From contig CAVUAC010000088.1 in the NCBI GenBank assembly GCA_963739335.1, positions 4,988-68,987 of the forward strand: 64,000 bases of DNA, in the 5' to 3' direction. Position 1 is the stretch's first letter, and every line of letters starts with the position of its first letter. The stretch is from an uncultured Bacteroidota bacterium (GTDB lineage Bacteria > Bacteroidota > Ignavibacteria > UBA10030). Positions 10,179 through 20,453 of this stretch are shown in pieces. Both the position numbers and the translations under genes were made by a program. Below the pieces are notes generated by a model, which did not search any database, was not told the DNA's origin, and saw nothing but the letters and a program-made list of their open reading frames with translations.

Positions 10179-11348
10179 GTGAAAAAGCAAATCATCCTGC
10201 GGAAAAATGAAGAACATCGGATCCTTGCCGGACACCAGTGGGTTTTCAGCAACGAAATCAAAGCCATTCATGGAAGCCCGGAGGGGGGCGATGTCATTGA
10301 ACTTCTCCGTCACGATGAGAAGCTGCTGGGAGTTGGGTTCTACAATCCCCACTCATTGATTGCGTTCCGCCTCCTCAGTCGTGAGCTGGAAACCGTCACC
10401 TTTGAGTTTTTTGAACGCCGCATCGCGCAAGCACTCCGGCTTCGTCAGCGCCTCTACCGGGGGGCTGAGACATTCCGACTCGTTCACGGAGAGGCCGATT
10501 TTCTCCCTGGACTGATCATCGACAAGTATAACGAATTTCTATCGATCCAAACTCTCGCGGTTGGGATGGACCGCCGACTCACACTCATCTGTGACGTCCT
10601 GGAATCGATCTTCCACCCGAAGGCCATCATCGAGCGAAATGAGTCTCCACTTCGATCGCTGGAACAGCTTCCGCTGAAGAAAGGGGTGCTTCGTGGCACG
10701 CTCGGACAAACCATCATCTCGGAATTCGGCGTGAAGTTCAAGGTCGCTCTGCTCGAGGGACAGAAAACCGGTTTCTTCCTCGATCAGCGTGAAAACCGGC
10801 TCGCCGTGCAACGGTATGTCAACAAGGCATCTGTACTGGATTGTTTCTGCAACGAGGGTGGCTTCGCTATCTACGCCGCGCGTGCCGGTGCTGCGCGGGT
10901 GCACGGCATCGACATCTCTGAGGTCGCCCTTGCCAATGCCAAGGTGAACGCCTTGATCAATGAAGTCCCCGATATCACGTTTGAAGTGGGTGATGTATTC
11001 GAGAAGCTTCCCGCTCTGTACCAGGCCGGCCAGCGGTTTGACGTCGTGATTCTGGATCCTCCCTCCTTCAGCAGGAACAAAAAGACGGTCGCAACTGCTT
11101 TGAAGGGATACAAGGAGATCAATGCCGGAGCGGCGCGGTTGATCCAGACGGGGGGTATCCTCGTGACCGCCTCGTGCTCGCATCACGTCACGGCGGAGTC
11201 ATTCCTCGGGGCAATCGAAGGGGGCGCGCGGGCAGCCCATCGATCCTTACAGTTGCTGGAATGGCGAGGAGCTGCGGCGGATCATCCCACACTTCCGGCA
11301 ATGCCGGAAACGGCATACTTGAAGTTCGGCATCTTCGTCGTCCAATGA
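10179..11348 (+). CDS. rlmI: RlmI-like 23S rRNA m5C methyltransferase (PUA + SAM domains)
   Basis: GH.WVFSNEI, GQKTGFFLDQRENR, ILDPPSF, SCS, DHP..PET.YLK. Confidence 0.85.
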   Translation: MKKQIILRKNEEHRILAGHQWVFSNEIKAIHGSPEGGDVIELLRHDEKLLGVGFYNPHSLIAFRLLSRELETVTFEFFERRIAQALRLRQRLYRGAETFRLVHGEADFLPGLIIDKYNEFLSIQTLAVGMDRRLTLICDVLESIFHPKAIIERNESPLRSLEQLPLKKGVLRGTLGQTIISEFGVKFKVALLEGQKTGFFLDQRENRLAVQRYVNKASVLDCFCNEGGFAIYAARAGAARVHGIDISEVALANAKVNALINEVPDITFEVGDVFEKLPALYQAGQRFDVVILDPPSFSRNKKTVATALKGYKEINAGAARLIQTGGILVTASCSHHVTAESFLGAIEGGARAAHRSLQLLEWRGAAADHPTLPAMPETAYLKFGIFVVQ

Positions 11349-11353
11349 GGGAC

Positions 11354-11382
11354 TTGCGGTTTTCACGGGGTGGAACTATATT
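11354..11382 (+). promoter_or_regulatory. Sigma70-type promoter
   Basis: TTGCGG-N17-TATATT. Confidence 0.5.
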
Positions 11383-11425
11383 ATTGTGAGGGTGGTTCTG
11401 ACTAATGAGGATGGGAGATGAGATT

Positions 11426-12172
11426 ATGAAACGGTCACTTTGTTTCCTCGCGGCCTTGATGGTCTTGGCAATCGTGCCGACCTTCTCTCCGGCCCAGGAG
11501 TTCCCCCGACGGGATTCGGCAATGGTCTTCACGCCGTCGAATCCGAACCTGATTCAGAAGACAAACTATGAACCGTTCCGAAACGCGTGGGGCGTCGACA
11601 TCATGGTCTCGAACAACGGTTTCGGCGCCGGTGTGTTCCTGCGGCATGAGTTTTCCGACGTGTTATCCGGATTCCTTCAGCTCGCGATCTCGGACGTGAA
11701 GGACGACAGCGAAGTCGAGTACTTCAACCAATACACGGGAGAATCATACACTCCCGGAAAAATCAACCGCCTCTTGCTTATACCGGTGACAGTCGGGATG
11801 CAGTATCGACTCTTCAAGGACGACATCGTGGACAATTTTCGTCCTTACGTCAGCGCGGGTTTAGGGCCATCGCTGATTTTCGTGGCGCCTTATGCAAATG
11901 TGAACACCATTTCCGACCCAACCTTCGGCACGCTCACCACATATGACCAGATCGATTTCTTCAAGAGTTTAGGAAAGGGCCAGTTGAAGTACACACTCGG
12001 CGGCTACATTGGGGCAGGAGCCTACTTTGGCGTTGACAAAGGAACGCTCACGGGTATCAGCATACGTTACTACTACATTCCCTATCAACCGGGCGTGCAG
12101 AGTCTCCAGGGAGTACCGATCAAACGCTTTGGAGGATTCTTCATCACGCTCAATTTTGGATCGCTCTACTAG
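11426..12172 (+). CDS. Hypothetical outer-membrane beta-barrel protein
   Basis: Signal peptide, amphipathic strands (RPYVSAGLG, GGFFITLNFG). Confidence 0.7.
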   Translation: MKRSLCFLAALMVLAIVPTFSPAQEFPRRDSAMVFTPSNPNLIQKTNYEPFRNAWGVDIMVSNNGFGAGVFLRHEFSDVLSGFLQLAISDVKDDSEVEYFNQYTGESYTPGKINRLLLIPVTVGMQYRLFKDDIVDNFRPYVSAGLGPSLIFVAPYANVNTISDPTFGTLTTYDQIDFFKSLGKGQLKYTLGGYIGAGAYFGVDKGTLTGISIRYYYIPYQPGVQSLQGVPIKRFGGFFITLNFGSLY

Positions 12173-12193
12173 CTCGCACAATTGAAGAACATC

Positions 12194-12227
12194 AAAAGCG
12201 CACTCATCGTGCGCTTTTTGTTTTTTT
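12194..12227 (+). terminator. Rho-independent terminator
   Basis: AAAAGCGCAC-tcatc-GTGCGCTTTT followed by T-rich tail. Confidence 0.8.
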
Positions 12228-12263
12228 GGCCAGTCGCCACCGCAGGCCTTCAGCCAAAAAGCA

Positions 12264-12325
12264 CTGAAGCACTCTGACATCCATAGAGCCTCCCCTTTGC
12301 TCTATGGACCTTCAGAGTGCTTCAG
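12264..12325. repeat. Long inverted repeat (14-bp + 10-bp stems)
   Basis: CTGAAGCACTCTGA..TCCATAGAGC..GCTCTATGGA..TCAGAGTGCTTCAG. Confidence 0.8.
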
Positions 12326-12517
12326 AATGTTATTTTAATGTACCATGCTCGCTAAAATTGATCTGTGACAGGAGTCACCTCTTTCTGCAACCGCTCGACG
12401 TGTAAACCCAGGAGCTGAAAGCTCCTGAGCGTTTCATCTTACAAGAACTTCTTGTTGTCACTGTAGCGTTTCGATACTTTCAAGCATCATACTTTGTAAG
12501 CAGGCAGCCGCTCATCT

Positions 12518-13045
12518 ATGCACGAAGAATCCGTCTGGATTACCAAAGCCAAAAAGGGTGACCAACGTGCGTTCCGGGCGCTCTACACCGCGAACGTGAC
12601 CTTGTTGTTCCGATTCTTGAAACAGTTCTCCTCTCGTACCGAAGAGGTTGAGGAATGGGTTCAACGAGCGTTCATCAAAGCATTCGAGCACCTTGGTTCA
12701 TTTGACGGCCGATCACGGTTTTCCTCCTGGCTTTTCACAGTGGCCCTGAATGAAATGAGGATGGACTGGCGGCGAGCTCAAACAATTTCTTTCGTCCAGA
12801 CAGATGAGCAACACGAGAGCTTCGAATCGGCAACCGAACACATCGATTGGGATGATGCCATGAAAGCGTGGCTGCGGGATCTCGACGAGACGAAACGAGC
12901 AGTGTTTATACTGTACGAGGTGGAGGGGTACTCACACGCAGAGATCGCATCGATGCTCGGGATGGCAGAGAGCTCATCGAGAACGATGCTGAGCCGCGCG
13001 AAGCGCTTCCTCCAGGAACGATGGAACAAGGAGACAGCCTCATGA
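12518..13045 (+). CDS. ECF RNA polymerase sigma factor
   Basis: GD.RAF..LY, F.G.S.FSSWL, R.VF.LYEVEGYSHAEIA..LG..SRT.LSRA. Confidence 0.92.
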   Translation: MHEESVWITKAKKGDQRAFRALYTANVTLLFRFLKQFSSRTEEVEEWVQRAFIKAFEHLGSFDGRSRFSSWLFTVALNEMRMDWRRAQTISFVQTDEQHESFESATEHIDWDDAMKAWLRDLDETKRAVFILYEVEGYSHAEIASMLGMAESSSRTMLSRAKRFLQERWNKETAS

Positions 13046-13552
13046 TGAGACCGGAAGATTTCTATTCTTCAGATGACATGCCCAGCGGCCGAAGTCAACG
13101 CACGATGTGGGATGCCATTCAACAGCAAGCGCTGCTGCTCCGATCAGATCGATGGCTGATCCGAGATGCCAGAAGTTTCCTCTATGGCATGGCGGCAACC
13201 ATCGTGCTGGGTTTGGCGCTTGTCGGGGCCTGGACGATTGCCCGGCAGTCGTTCGAGAACGCTCAGCCTCAACCGCTGCGGCTCGAGCAGGCGTATGTCT
13301 CTGCCATCCATGAATTCGAACGCGTCATGCCCAGTGCCATCGTGAGCAAGTCCCAGTTATCCCAGGCCTCAGGGCAACTCACGCAACGTAAGGAGCAGAT
13401 CAAGCTCGTCGACGCTGCCATCGTAGAATCTGCGTAAGCAAACCAACGGCACGGACCTCTCGCCGCTGAAGCGCGAGCGGCTTCGCCAGTTGTACAGCAT
13501 GAAACTTCAAATCCTTCAGCAGATGATTGAAGAGGGGGAGATCGAATTATGA
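13042..13552 (+). CDS. Putative single-TM anti-sigma factor; frameshift near 13424
   Basis: ATGA overlap with sigma; one TM. After a 1-nt shift it continues NLRKQTNGTDLSPLKRERLRQLYSMKLQILQQMIEEGEIEL*, whose TGA overlaps the next ATG. Confidence 0.65.
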
Positions 13553-14958
13553 AAACCATCATTCTCGCGGCTCTTGCAACAACGATGATGTCCTTCGAAA
13601 ACCCCGAGCGGCAACGCGACATCGAGCAGCATTTCTCAACCCAAGCTGCAGAACGCATTGAACTGCGCGGATTCAACAGCTCGGACATCAAGATCCGGTC
13701 TTGGGACAAAAACGAAGTCTCCGTGAAGCTCAGCATTTCGTTCTCGTCATCCGACCAGAAGGATGAACAGCGGTATCTCGACGCGATCACCCTGAAGCAC
13801 GAGGAGTCCAGGGAACTCCTGCGCATAACGCTTCAGGAACCCGATATGACTTCAAAGAATCGCGGCTCCTTCTGGTCCTGGATCAAGAAGTTCTTCACAG
13901 GCTCATTCATCAGCAAGCGGGTCGAGGGGGAGATTTACGTTCCACAATCCAATCCACTTCTGGCGGAGGTGCGGTATGGCTCAATATCGCTGGACGGTAT
14001 GAAGGGCCCTCTCGAGCTGCCCGGGACGGGAAACACGGTCGTTCTTCGCAACTGCTCGGACATCCGGGAAGTCGCCAACGATTACGGGAAAACGACCATC
14101 GAGCGCAGCGGCGGAGCTCTTCAGCTCTCATGCAAGAGCGGGTCAATCAGCATCGATCAGTTCGACGGCAAAGCGGATATCGAAGCCGATTATTCAAATA
14201 TCACCGTGCGTGACATATCACGATCCCTCACGATCCATTCATCAAGCGGCACGACCAAAGTGGAGCATGTGGGCAGCAACGCCACCATTTGGTCCGACTA
14301 TTCCACGATCACCGCAAACAACATCGCGGGGATGCTGGATATTCAGGACAAAAGCGGGAAAGTGAGAGCAAAGGGTGTGGACGGAGTCAGGATCAGCGGG
14401 GACTATTCCACGATCGAAGTCAGTGACGTCTCCGGCAAATCAGCAAAAGAGATCCAGATCGATGGACAATCCGGCCTGATCTCAGTCAGCGATGCGGTCG
14501 GGAACGTCAAGATCGACAACCCCTACGGCAACGTTGAGTTGAGAAACATCCGGGGCAACGTCGATGTGGTATCAAAGAGCTCACGTATAACCGGTAGCAA
14601 GATGACAGGCGACTGGCGTTCAGAGACAGAGTACTGTTCTCTCTCGATATCCGAGACGAGCGCCAGGCAGATCGTCATGACGAACACCGGCGGCAAAATC
14701 GAACTTTCGGTTACAACGCCTCCCACATCGGTTGACATTAAGAATGAGTATGCCGACGTGAATGTCGACTTACCACCAGGATTCAGCGGGGAGGTCGATA
14801 TCAACGTCACCTACGGCCACATAGAGACGAATCTGCCTCTTCCCAGAATCAAATCATTCGACGCTGGAGGCGGCTACGCTCTGGGCAAGATCGGGAATGG
14901 CAGTGGAAAGCTTTCTGTCGAAACGAAGTCCGGCAATGTGAAGGTCATCCAGCGGTAG
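13549..14958 (+). CDS. DUF4097-like beta-strand repeat exported protein
   Basis: Repeating S.SG.I / YG.I beta units, C-terminal GNG.GKLSVETKSGNVKV; typical ECF/anti-sigma context. Confidence 0.75.
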   Translation: MKTIILAALATTMMSFENPERQRDIEQHFSTQAAERIELRGFNSSDIKIRSWDKNEVSVKLSISFSSSDQKDEQRYLDAITLKHEESRELLRITLQEPDMTSKNRGSFWSWIKKFFTGSFISKRVEGEIYVPQSNPLLAEVRYGSISLDGMKGPLELPGTGNTVVLRNCSDIREVANDYGKTTIERSGGALQLSCKSGSISIDQFDGKADIEADYSNITVRDISRSLTIHSSSGTTKVEHVGSNATIWSDYSTITANNIAGMLDIQDKSGKVRAKGVDGVRISGDYSTIEVSDVSGKSAKEIQIDGQSGLISVSDAVGNVKIDNPYGNVELRNIRGNVDVVSKSSRITGSKMTGDWRSETEYCSLSISETSARQIVMTNTGGKIELSVTTPPTSVDIKNEYADVNVDLPPGFSGEVDINVTYGHIETNLPLPRIKSFDAGGGYALGKIGNGSGKLSVETKSGNVKVIQR

Positions 14959-15002
14959 TGATGAGCCACGCCCCTTGGGGGTGCGCTGTTCATCCACTCG
15001 AG

Positions 15003-15470
15003 TCAAGGATGGAAGCGGAACGCCAGCGACAGCTGAACACCCATCCCGGTGACGGGCGTGAGCATAAGCGACGGCCCGACGTCGAGAGCTATGTCGAACG
15101 GGTAGTCCCGCACAAAATAATCGACGCCGAACACTCCGCGAACACCGAGGGCAAACCTGTTGTGCGCGTAGTCCGGTCCCCAAAAGCCGGCATCACCGAT
15201 GAAGAGACCGGCACCATAGTAGAACGGCGCGTATGATTTTCTGAACACATTCTCGTGCACGAGATAATCCGCACCGACCATCAGTCCCCCCTTGAACATA
15301 CCCCCAATCGCGAACTGGTACGCGATGCGCTGGTTCTCCCAGTATTTGACGCTCAACCCAGTCGGCGCTCCAAGCACGACACCAAGGCCAACCCTTCCCC
15401 TGCTCTCTGCTGAGATTGCTGGCGATAAGACCAACAGAACAGCCGCAATGAGAAGACTCATTGTCTTCAT
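15003..15470 (-). CDS. Small outer-membrane beta-barrel protein (DUF3996-like)
   Basis: Signal peptide, GLGVVLGAPTGLSVKYW, PFYYGAG, LGVRGVFG. Confidence 0.7.
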   Translation of the reverse strand: MKTMSLLIAAVLLVLSPAISAESRGRVGLGVVLGAPTGLSVKYWENQRIAYQFAIGGMFKGGLMVGADYLVHENVFRKSYAPFYYGAGLFIGDAGFWGPDYAHNRFALGVRGVFGVDYFVRDYPFDIALDVGPSLMLTPVTGMGVQLSLAFRFHP

Positions 15471-15506
15471 ATGTTTCCTCCTCTCTTCTGGGGAATTGCG
15501 GGAGAA

Positions 15507-18369
15507 TCACAAATACTGTTTCAGGAATTTCCCCGTGTACGAAGAACAGACTTTTGCCACCTCCTCGGGAGTTCCAGTCGCCACGACGTGACCACCTCCT
15601 TCCCCCCCTTCAGGGCCAAGGTCGATCACGAAGTCCGCGCATTTGACGACGTGCATATTGTGCTCAATCACGACGAGCGAATGGCCCGCTTCTACAAGAG
15701 CACTGAAGCATTTGAGAAGCTTGGCAATGTCATCGAAATGCAGTCCGGTCGTAGGCTCGTCGAAAATGAACAGCGCACGCCCCTCCGATTGAGACGCTGA
15801 GAGATGGTTCGCCAACTTGATCCGTTGAGCTTCACCCCCTGAGAGCGTCGTGGCAGGCTGACCAAGCCGTACATATCCCAACCCAACATCGTCCAAAATT
15901 CTGAGTCGTTGGGCAACCCTTCTCCCATCAGGATGCGCGGAGAAGAAGCCGAGCGCTTCGGTGACCGTCATTTTCAGAATATCATCGACGTTCTTTCCGT
16001 GGTACCGAACCTCCAACACCTCTAGTTTGAACCGTTTGCCCTTGCACGCCTCGCAGGTGAGATACAAATCGGCAAGGAACTGCATCTCGATCTTCTGCAA
16101 TCCATCTCCCTCGCAGACATCACAACGCCCGCCTGGCACATTGAACGAGAAATGGCCCGGCATGAACCCGCGGATCCTCGCAGCCTGCGTGTGAGCCAGC
16201 AAATCCCTGATCAGATCGAACACCTTAATATAGGTCACTGGATTCGATCGAGGCGAACGACCAATGGGTGATTGATCAACGAGTTCAATACGCTCGATCT
16301 GTTCAGCTCCCTGAATGGCACCGAACCTCCCAACACTCCCTTCAAATCCGCCTTTCATCTTTTGAATCCCTGCGTACAGGGTTTCGTGCACAAGCGTGCT
16401 CTTTCCGGAGCCGCTGACTCCCGTGACGCAGACAAACATGCCCAGGGGAATACGAACGTCAATGTTCTTCAGGTTGTGCTCCGCAGCCCCCTTTATGAAA
16501 ATGGATTGCTCTATATCGCGTCGGCGTTTTCGGGGCGTCGGAATATTTAGCCTACCGTTGAGATATTGCGCGGTGAGCGACCGGGGATGCTCCAGCAGCG
16601 CCTGAACGCTTCCGCAGTAAACCACCTCTCCGCCGTTCTCACCTGCACGAGGTCCCATGTCAACGACAACATCGGCAGAGCGGATCATTTCTTCATCGTG
16701 CTCCACGACGAGCACGCTATTGCCTACATCGCGCAGAGACTTCAGGATAGTGATGAGTTTCTGATTGTCCCTTGGATGCAGGCCGATGCTCGGCTCATCC
16801 AGAACATACAGAGATCCAACCAATGAAGAACCGAGAGACGTCGCCAGATTGATGCGCTGGGACTCACCTCCGGAAAGCGTCATCGTCAACCGGTCGAGAG
16901 AGAGATATCCAATGCCCACATCATAGAGAAACTTCAGGCGCTTGCGGATCTCCTCAAGGACCCTCCTGGCGACCTCCAGCTCGAACTTCGTCAGTTTGAT
17001 GTGCTGGAAGAACTCGTTCGCCTCCTCGATGGTCATCCGAACCACATCGTGGATGCTCTTTCCGGCAACCCGTATGTTCGAGCGCGTCGCCTCGGAGCCT
17101 CGCACCGTGACACTCGTCGCAGGTCGTGTATCCCCGATAGCGACTCAGGAATACGCGATAATGGATCTTGTACGATTTGCGCTCGATGAACTTGAAGAAT
17201 TTGTGGATTCCGTCAAATCCATTGTAGCCGTTGAGAATGACATCGAGCTGCTTCGACGTCAGTTGTTTGAAAGGGACATCGACCGGGACACCGGCTTCGC
17301 CTGCAATGCCAAGCAGATCGCGCAGGTTCACGCGCCACTTCGGGGAATTCCATGGATGGATCGCCCCCTGCCGGATTGTCTTATTGGGATCAGGGACGAC
17401 GAGATCCATATCGATTCCCATGGATCGCCCAAAACCCTGGCACTTCGGGCACGCACCGACGGGATTGTTGAACGAGAACATCCTGGGATCGGGATCCTCG
17501 TAGCGAATTCCATCGTTGCGGCATTCATAATGCTGAGCAAATCGGAGAATTTGTCTTGAGTCGAGCAGGAACACGTGGGCATAGCCGTCGCCTTCCAGAA
17601 ACGCAGTTTCAATCGAGTCTGCGAGGCGCTTCTCGCTTTCCTTGTCGTTTTTCCGGAGGACAAGGCGATCGACGAGGACTGCGATTCCTTTTTTGGACTC
17701 GGCCTTGAACTCTTTTTCATTCAGATCGACGATCGCGCCCTCTACAGCAATGCGGAAGAACCCGCGCTTCTTGAGCGCGTCGAGCTCTTCCTTCAGCGTG
17801 TGCCCGGGGTGATCGTGAAGAGGAAACGTAACATGGATCTTTGTGCCATCAGGCTCCAGCTGGAGGCCGTCCACCGCAGAAGAAACCGTGTCCCGCTTCA
17901 CCAGCTCTCCGCACACCCGGCAATATGTCTGACCGATGCGCCCGAACAGCAACCGAAGGTAATCATAGATTTCCGTCGTGGTAGCGACTGTCGAGCGAGG
18001 ATTGCGTGTCGCGGTTTTCTGCTCGATCGCGATGGAAGGACTGATGCCCTGGATGAAATCGACATCCGGCTTGTCCATTCGTTCCAGGAACTGACGGGCA
18101 TAGGACGACAGGCTTTCGACGTACCTGCGCTGTCCTTCCGCATAGATGGTATCGAATGCCAGGCTCGACTTGCCGGAGCCGCTCACACCCGTCATGACAA
18201 CGAGCTTGTTCCGTGGGAGCTCGATGTTGACATTCTTGAGGTTATGGACCCTCGCGCCGCGGACAACGATCGTCGTCAGCTTTCTCACGGGCTCGCCACC
18301 GTCCGGCCCGGCGACTTCACGACCAGCGGGAACTCCTAGATCCGGTATGCTCTTCCTCTTACGTTTCAC
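15507..18369 (-). CDS. uvrA: Excinuclease ABC subunit A; split by a 1-nt frameshift near 17079
   Basis: Two GVSGSGKS Walker A motifs, LSGGE signatures, CxxC zinc fingers; removing one base restores ..[13 protein letters not shown].. Confidence 0.95.
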
Positions 18370-18408
18370 TTTTCACGTCTTGCGATGGTGCACTCTGATG
18401 GGTTTAGT

Positions 18409-18437
18409 AACGTACTCCTCCAGAACGGTAAAATCAA
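18409..18437 (-). promoter_or_regulatory. Candidate uvrA promoter
   Basis: TTGATT-N17-TACGTT on minus strand. Confidence 0.4.
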
Positions 18438-18518
18438 TTCTAAAATTCCACGTGAGCCTCCAGTCCATGAACGCTCAGTAGTCTTTTGATGTGCAATAAA
18501 GGCGAAGGATACTCCTCC

Positions 18519-18572
18519 GGTGACGTGTCGCCACGTCACCATCTTGCCTTTCTTGGTTGTGATGTCTACATT
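18519..18572 (+). promoter_or_regulatory. 9-bp perfect inverted repeat followed by sigma70-type promoter
   Basis: GGTGACGTG-tcgc-CACGTCACC then TTGCCT-N17-TACATT. Confidence 0.5.
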
Positions 18573-18598
18573 GATTCAAACCTGACCGAGTCTGCCGT

Positions 18599-19462
18599 AT
18601 GCGATATACAATCCTCTCTGTTCTCCTTTGTGTACTGACGCTGTGCATCGCCGCTCACGCGCAGCAAGACTCGACGCAGGCAGCGACTGTCTACAAGCTC
18701 ACGCTCAAAGACGGATCCGAGATCATCGGGACGATTCAGAGAGAGGATTCCATACTGGTCGAGTTTCGGTCAATCTCCAAGGTTTCGATGCGCGTGTTGC
18801 GAGAGCAAATTAGATCACTCGTGCGTCTCCCGGGCAATGTCCTTGGCGGCGAGTTTCTGAGATCAGATCCCAACTACACTCGTCTCTTCTTTGCCCCAAC
18901 GGGCCGCGCACTGAAGAACGGCCAGGGCTATTTCTCAACATATGAGATATTCTTTCCCTTTGTGGCAGTCGGTATTGGAGACATCGTCACGCTCGCGGGC
19001 GGAATGTCACTTATCCCGGCAGCAGACAATCAGATCTTCTACCTTGCACCGAAGATCACCCCCATTCACTTCAAGGATCTCGACATCTCTGCCGGCGTGT
19101 TGTATATCAACGTAACGAGCGCCGACTTTTCCGGCCTGGGAATTCTCTATGGCGTGGGCACGTACGGCTCGAGCAACGGGGCTCTGACGGTGGGACTCGG
19201 CTGGGGCTTCTCCCAGGGAGAGCTCGCAAACAAGCCCATACTTCTCCTCGGAGGCGAACTCAGGGTCTCGAACAGCGTCAAGTTCATCACGGAGAATTGG
19301 ATCCCGCTGGGTACGGATCTGATAATCTATTCCTTTGGCGTCCGTTTCTTCGGCGATAATCTGGCAGCCGATCTGGGCTTCATCCGCCCATCAAGATTCG
19401 GATCAAGCGGGTTTCCATTCGTGCCGTGGATTGGATTCGCGTACAATTTCGGTGCCAGGTAA
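18599..19462 (+). CDS. Hypothetical exported/outer membrane protein
   Basis: Signal peptide, LKDGSEIIG domain, PNYTRLFFAPTG, C-terminal aromatic strand WIGFAYNF. Confidence 0.75.
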   Translation: MRYTILSVLLCVLTLCIAAHAQQDSTQAATVYKLTLKDGSEIIGTIQREDSILVEFRSISKVSMRVLREQIRSLVRLPGNVLGGEFLRSDPNYTRLFFAPTGRALKNGQGYFSTYEIFFPFVAVGIGDIVTLAGGMSLIPAADNQIFYLAPKITPIHFKDLDISAGVLYINVTSADFSGLGILYGVGTYGSSNGALTVGLGWGFSQGELANKPILLLGGELRVSNSVKFITENWIPLGTDLIIYSFGVRFFGDNLAADLGFIRPSRFGSSGFPFVPWIGFAYNFGAR

Positions 19463-19506
19463 CTCATCGTGCTCGCCGCAATTATCTCACGCTCGTCGTT
19501 CCCATT

Positions 19507-20418
19507 ATGCCTGAACTCCCCGACCTGACGATCTATCTCGAGAGCATTCAGGCCAGGATCGGCGGCCACCGGCTCGAGAACATCCGCCTGGGCAATCCCT
19601 TCATTCTTCGAACTGTTAATCCTCCTTTGAGTGCCGCGGCGGGAAAGAGTGTGCTTGGCATTGCGCGGATCGGGAAACGCATGGTCATTGAGCTTGAAGG
19701 AGATTTGTTTATCGTCATCCATTTGATGATCGCTGGACGGTTCCACTGGAAGAAGCCCAAAACCAAGTTGCCAGGGAAGGTGGCACACGCAGCGTTCGAT
19801 TTCACCCATGGGACCCTGCTGTTGACCGAGGCGAGCACCAAAAAGCGCGCGTCCATGCACATCGTGCGAGGCAGACAGTCGCTCGCACAGTTCGATCGCG
19901 GGGGGCTGGAGGTCCTGGATTCCACGGGAGATTCGTTCAGAGCGGCGCTGTTGCGCGAAAACCGAACTCTCAAACGTGCCCTCACCGATCCGCGACTCTT
20001 TAGCGCCATTGGCAACGCATACTCCGACGAGATCCTCCACTGCGCCCACCTCTCGCCACTGAAGCTCACACGTCAATTGACGAGCTCAGAGATTACGCGT
20101 CTGCATCAGGCAACGCTGACAACGATGGGAGAATGGATCGAGCGGCTTCGGGATGAAGTGGGACAAGGGTTCCCGGAGAAGGTCACCGCTTTTCATGCGG
20201 AAATGGCCGTGCACGGACAATTTGGGAAGCCGTGCCATGTCTGTCGCGCGAAGGTTCAGCGGATTGTCTATGCAGAGAATGAGTGCAATTACTGCCCTCG
20301 CTGCCAGACCGGCGGTAAGATGCTCTCCGATCGCTCTCTTGCCCGGTTGCTCAAGGATGACTGGCCAAAGACGATCGAAGAGCTCGAGCTCAATGAGGTT
20401 AGGATTTCATCCTCCTGA
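19507..20418 (+). CDS. Fpg/Nei family DNA glycosylase/AP lyase
   Basis: N-terminal MPELPD, R.GK, HLM..G, IGNAYSDEIL (H2TH), CHVC..CPRC zinc finger. Confidence 0.9.
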   Translation: MPELPDLTIYLESIQARIGGHRLENIRLGNPFILRTVNPPLSAAAGKSVLGIARIGKRMVIELEGDLFIVIHLMIAGRFHWKKPKTKLPGKVAHAAFDFTHGTLLLTEASTKKRASMHIVRGRQSLAQFDRGGLEVLDSTGDSFRAALLRENRTLKRALTDPRLFSAIGNAYSDEILHCAHLSPLKLTRQLTSSEITRLHQATLTTMGEWIERLRDEVGQGFPEKVTAFHAEMAVHGQFGKPCHVCRAKVQRIVYAENECNYCPRCQTGGKMLSDRSLARLLKDDWPKTIEELELNEVRISSS

Positions 20419-20453
20419 GCTCGCACTGCTTAGCACACGCTGAAGGTTTGCTT

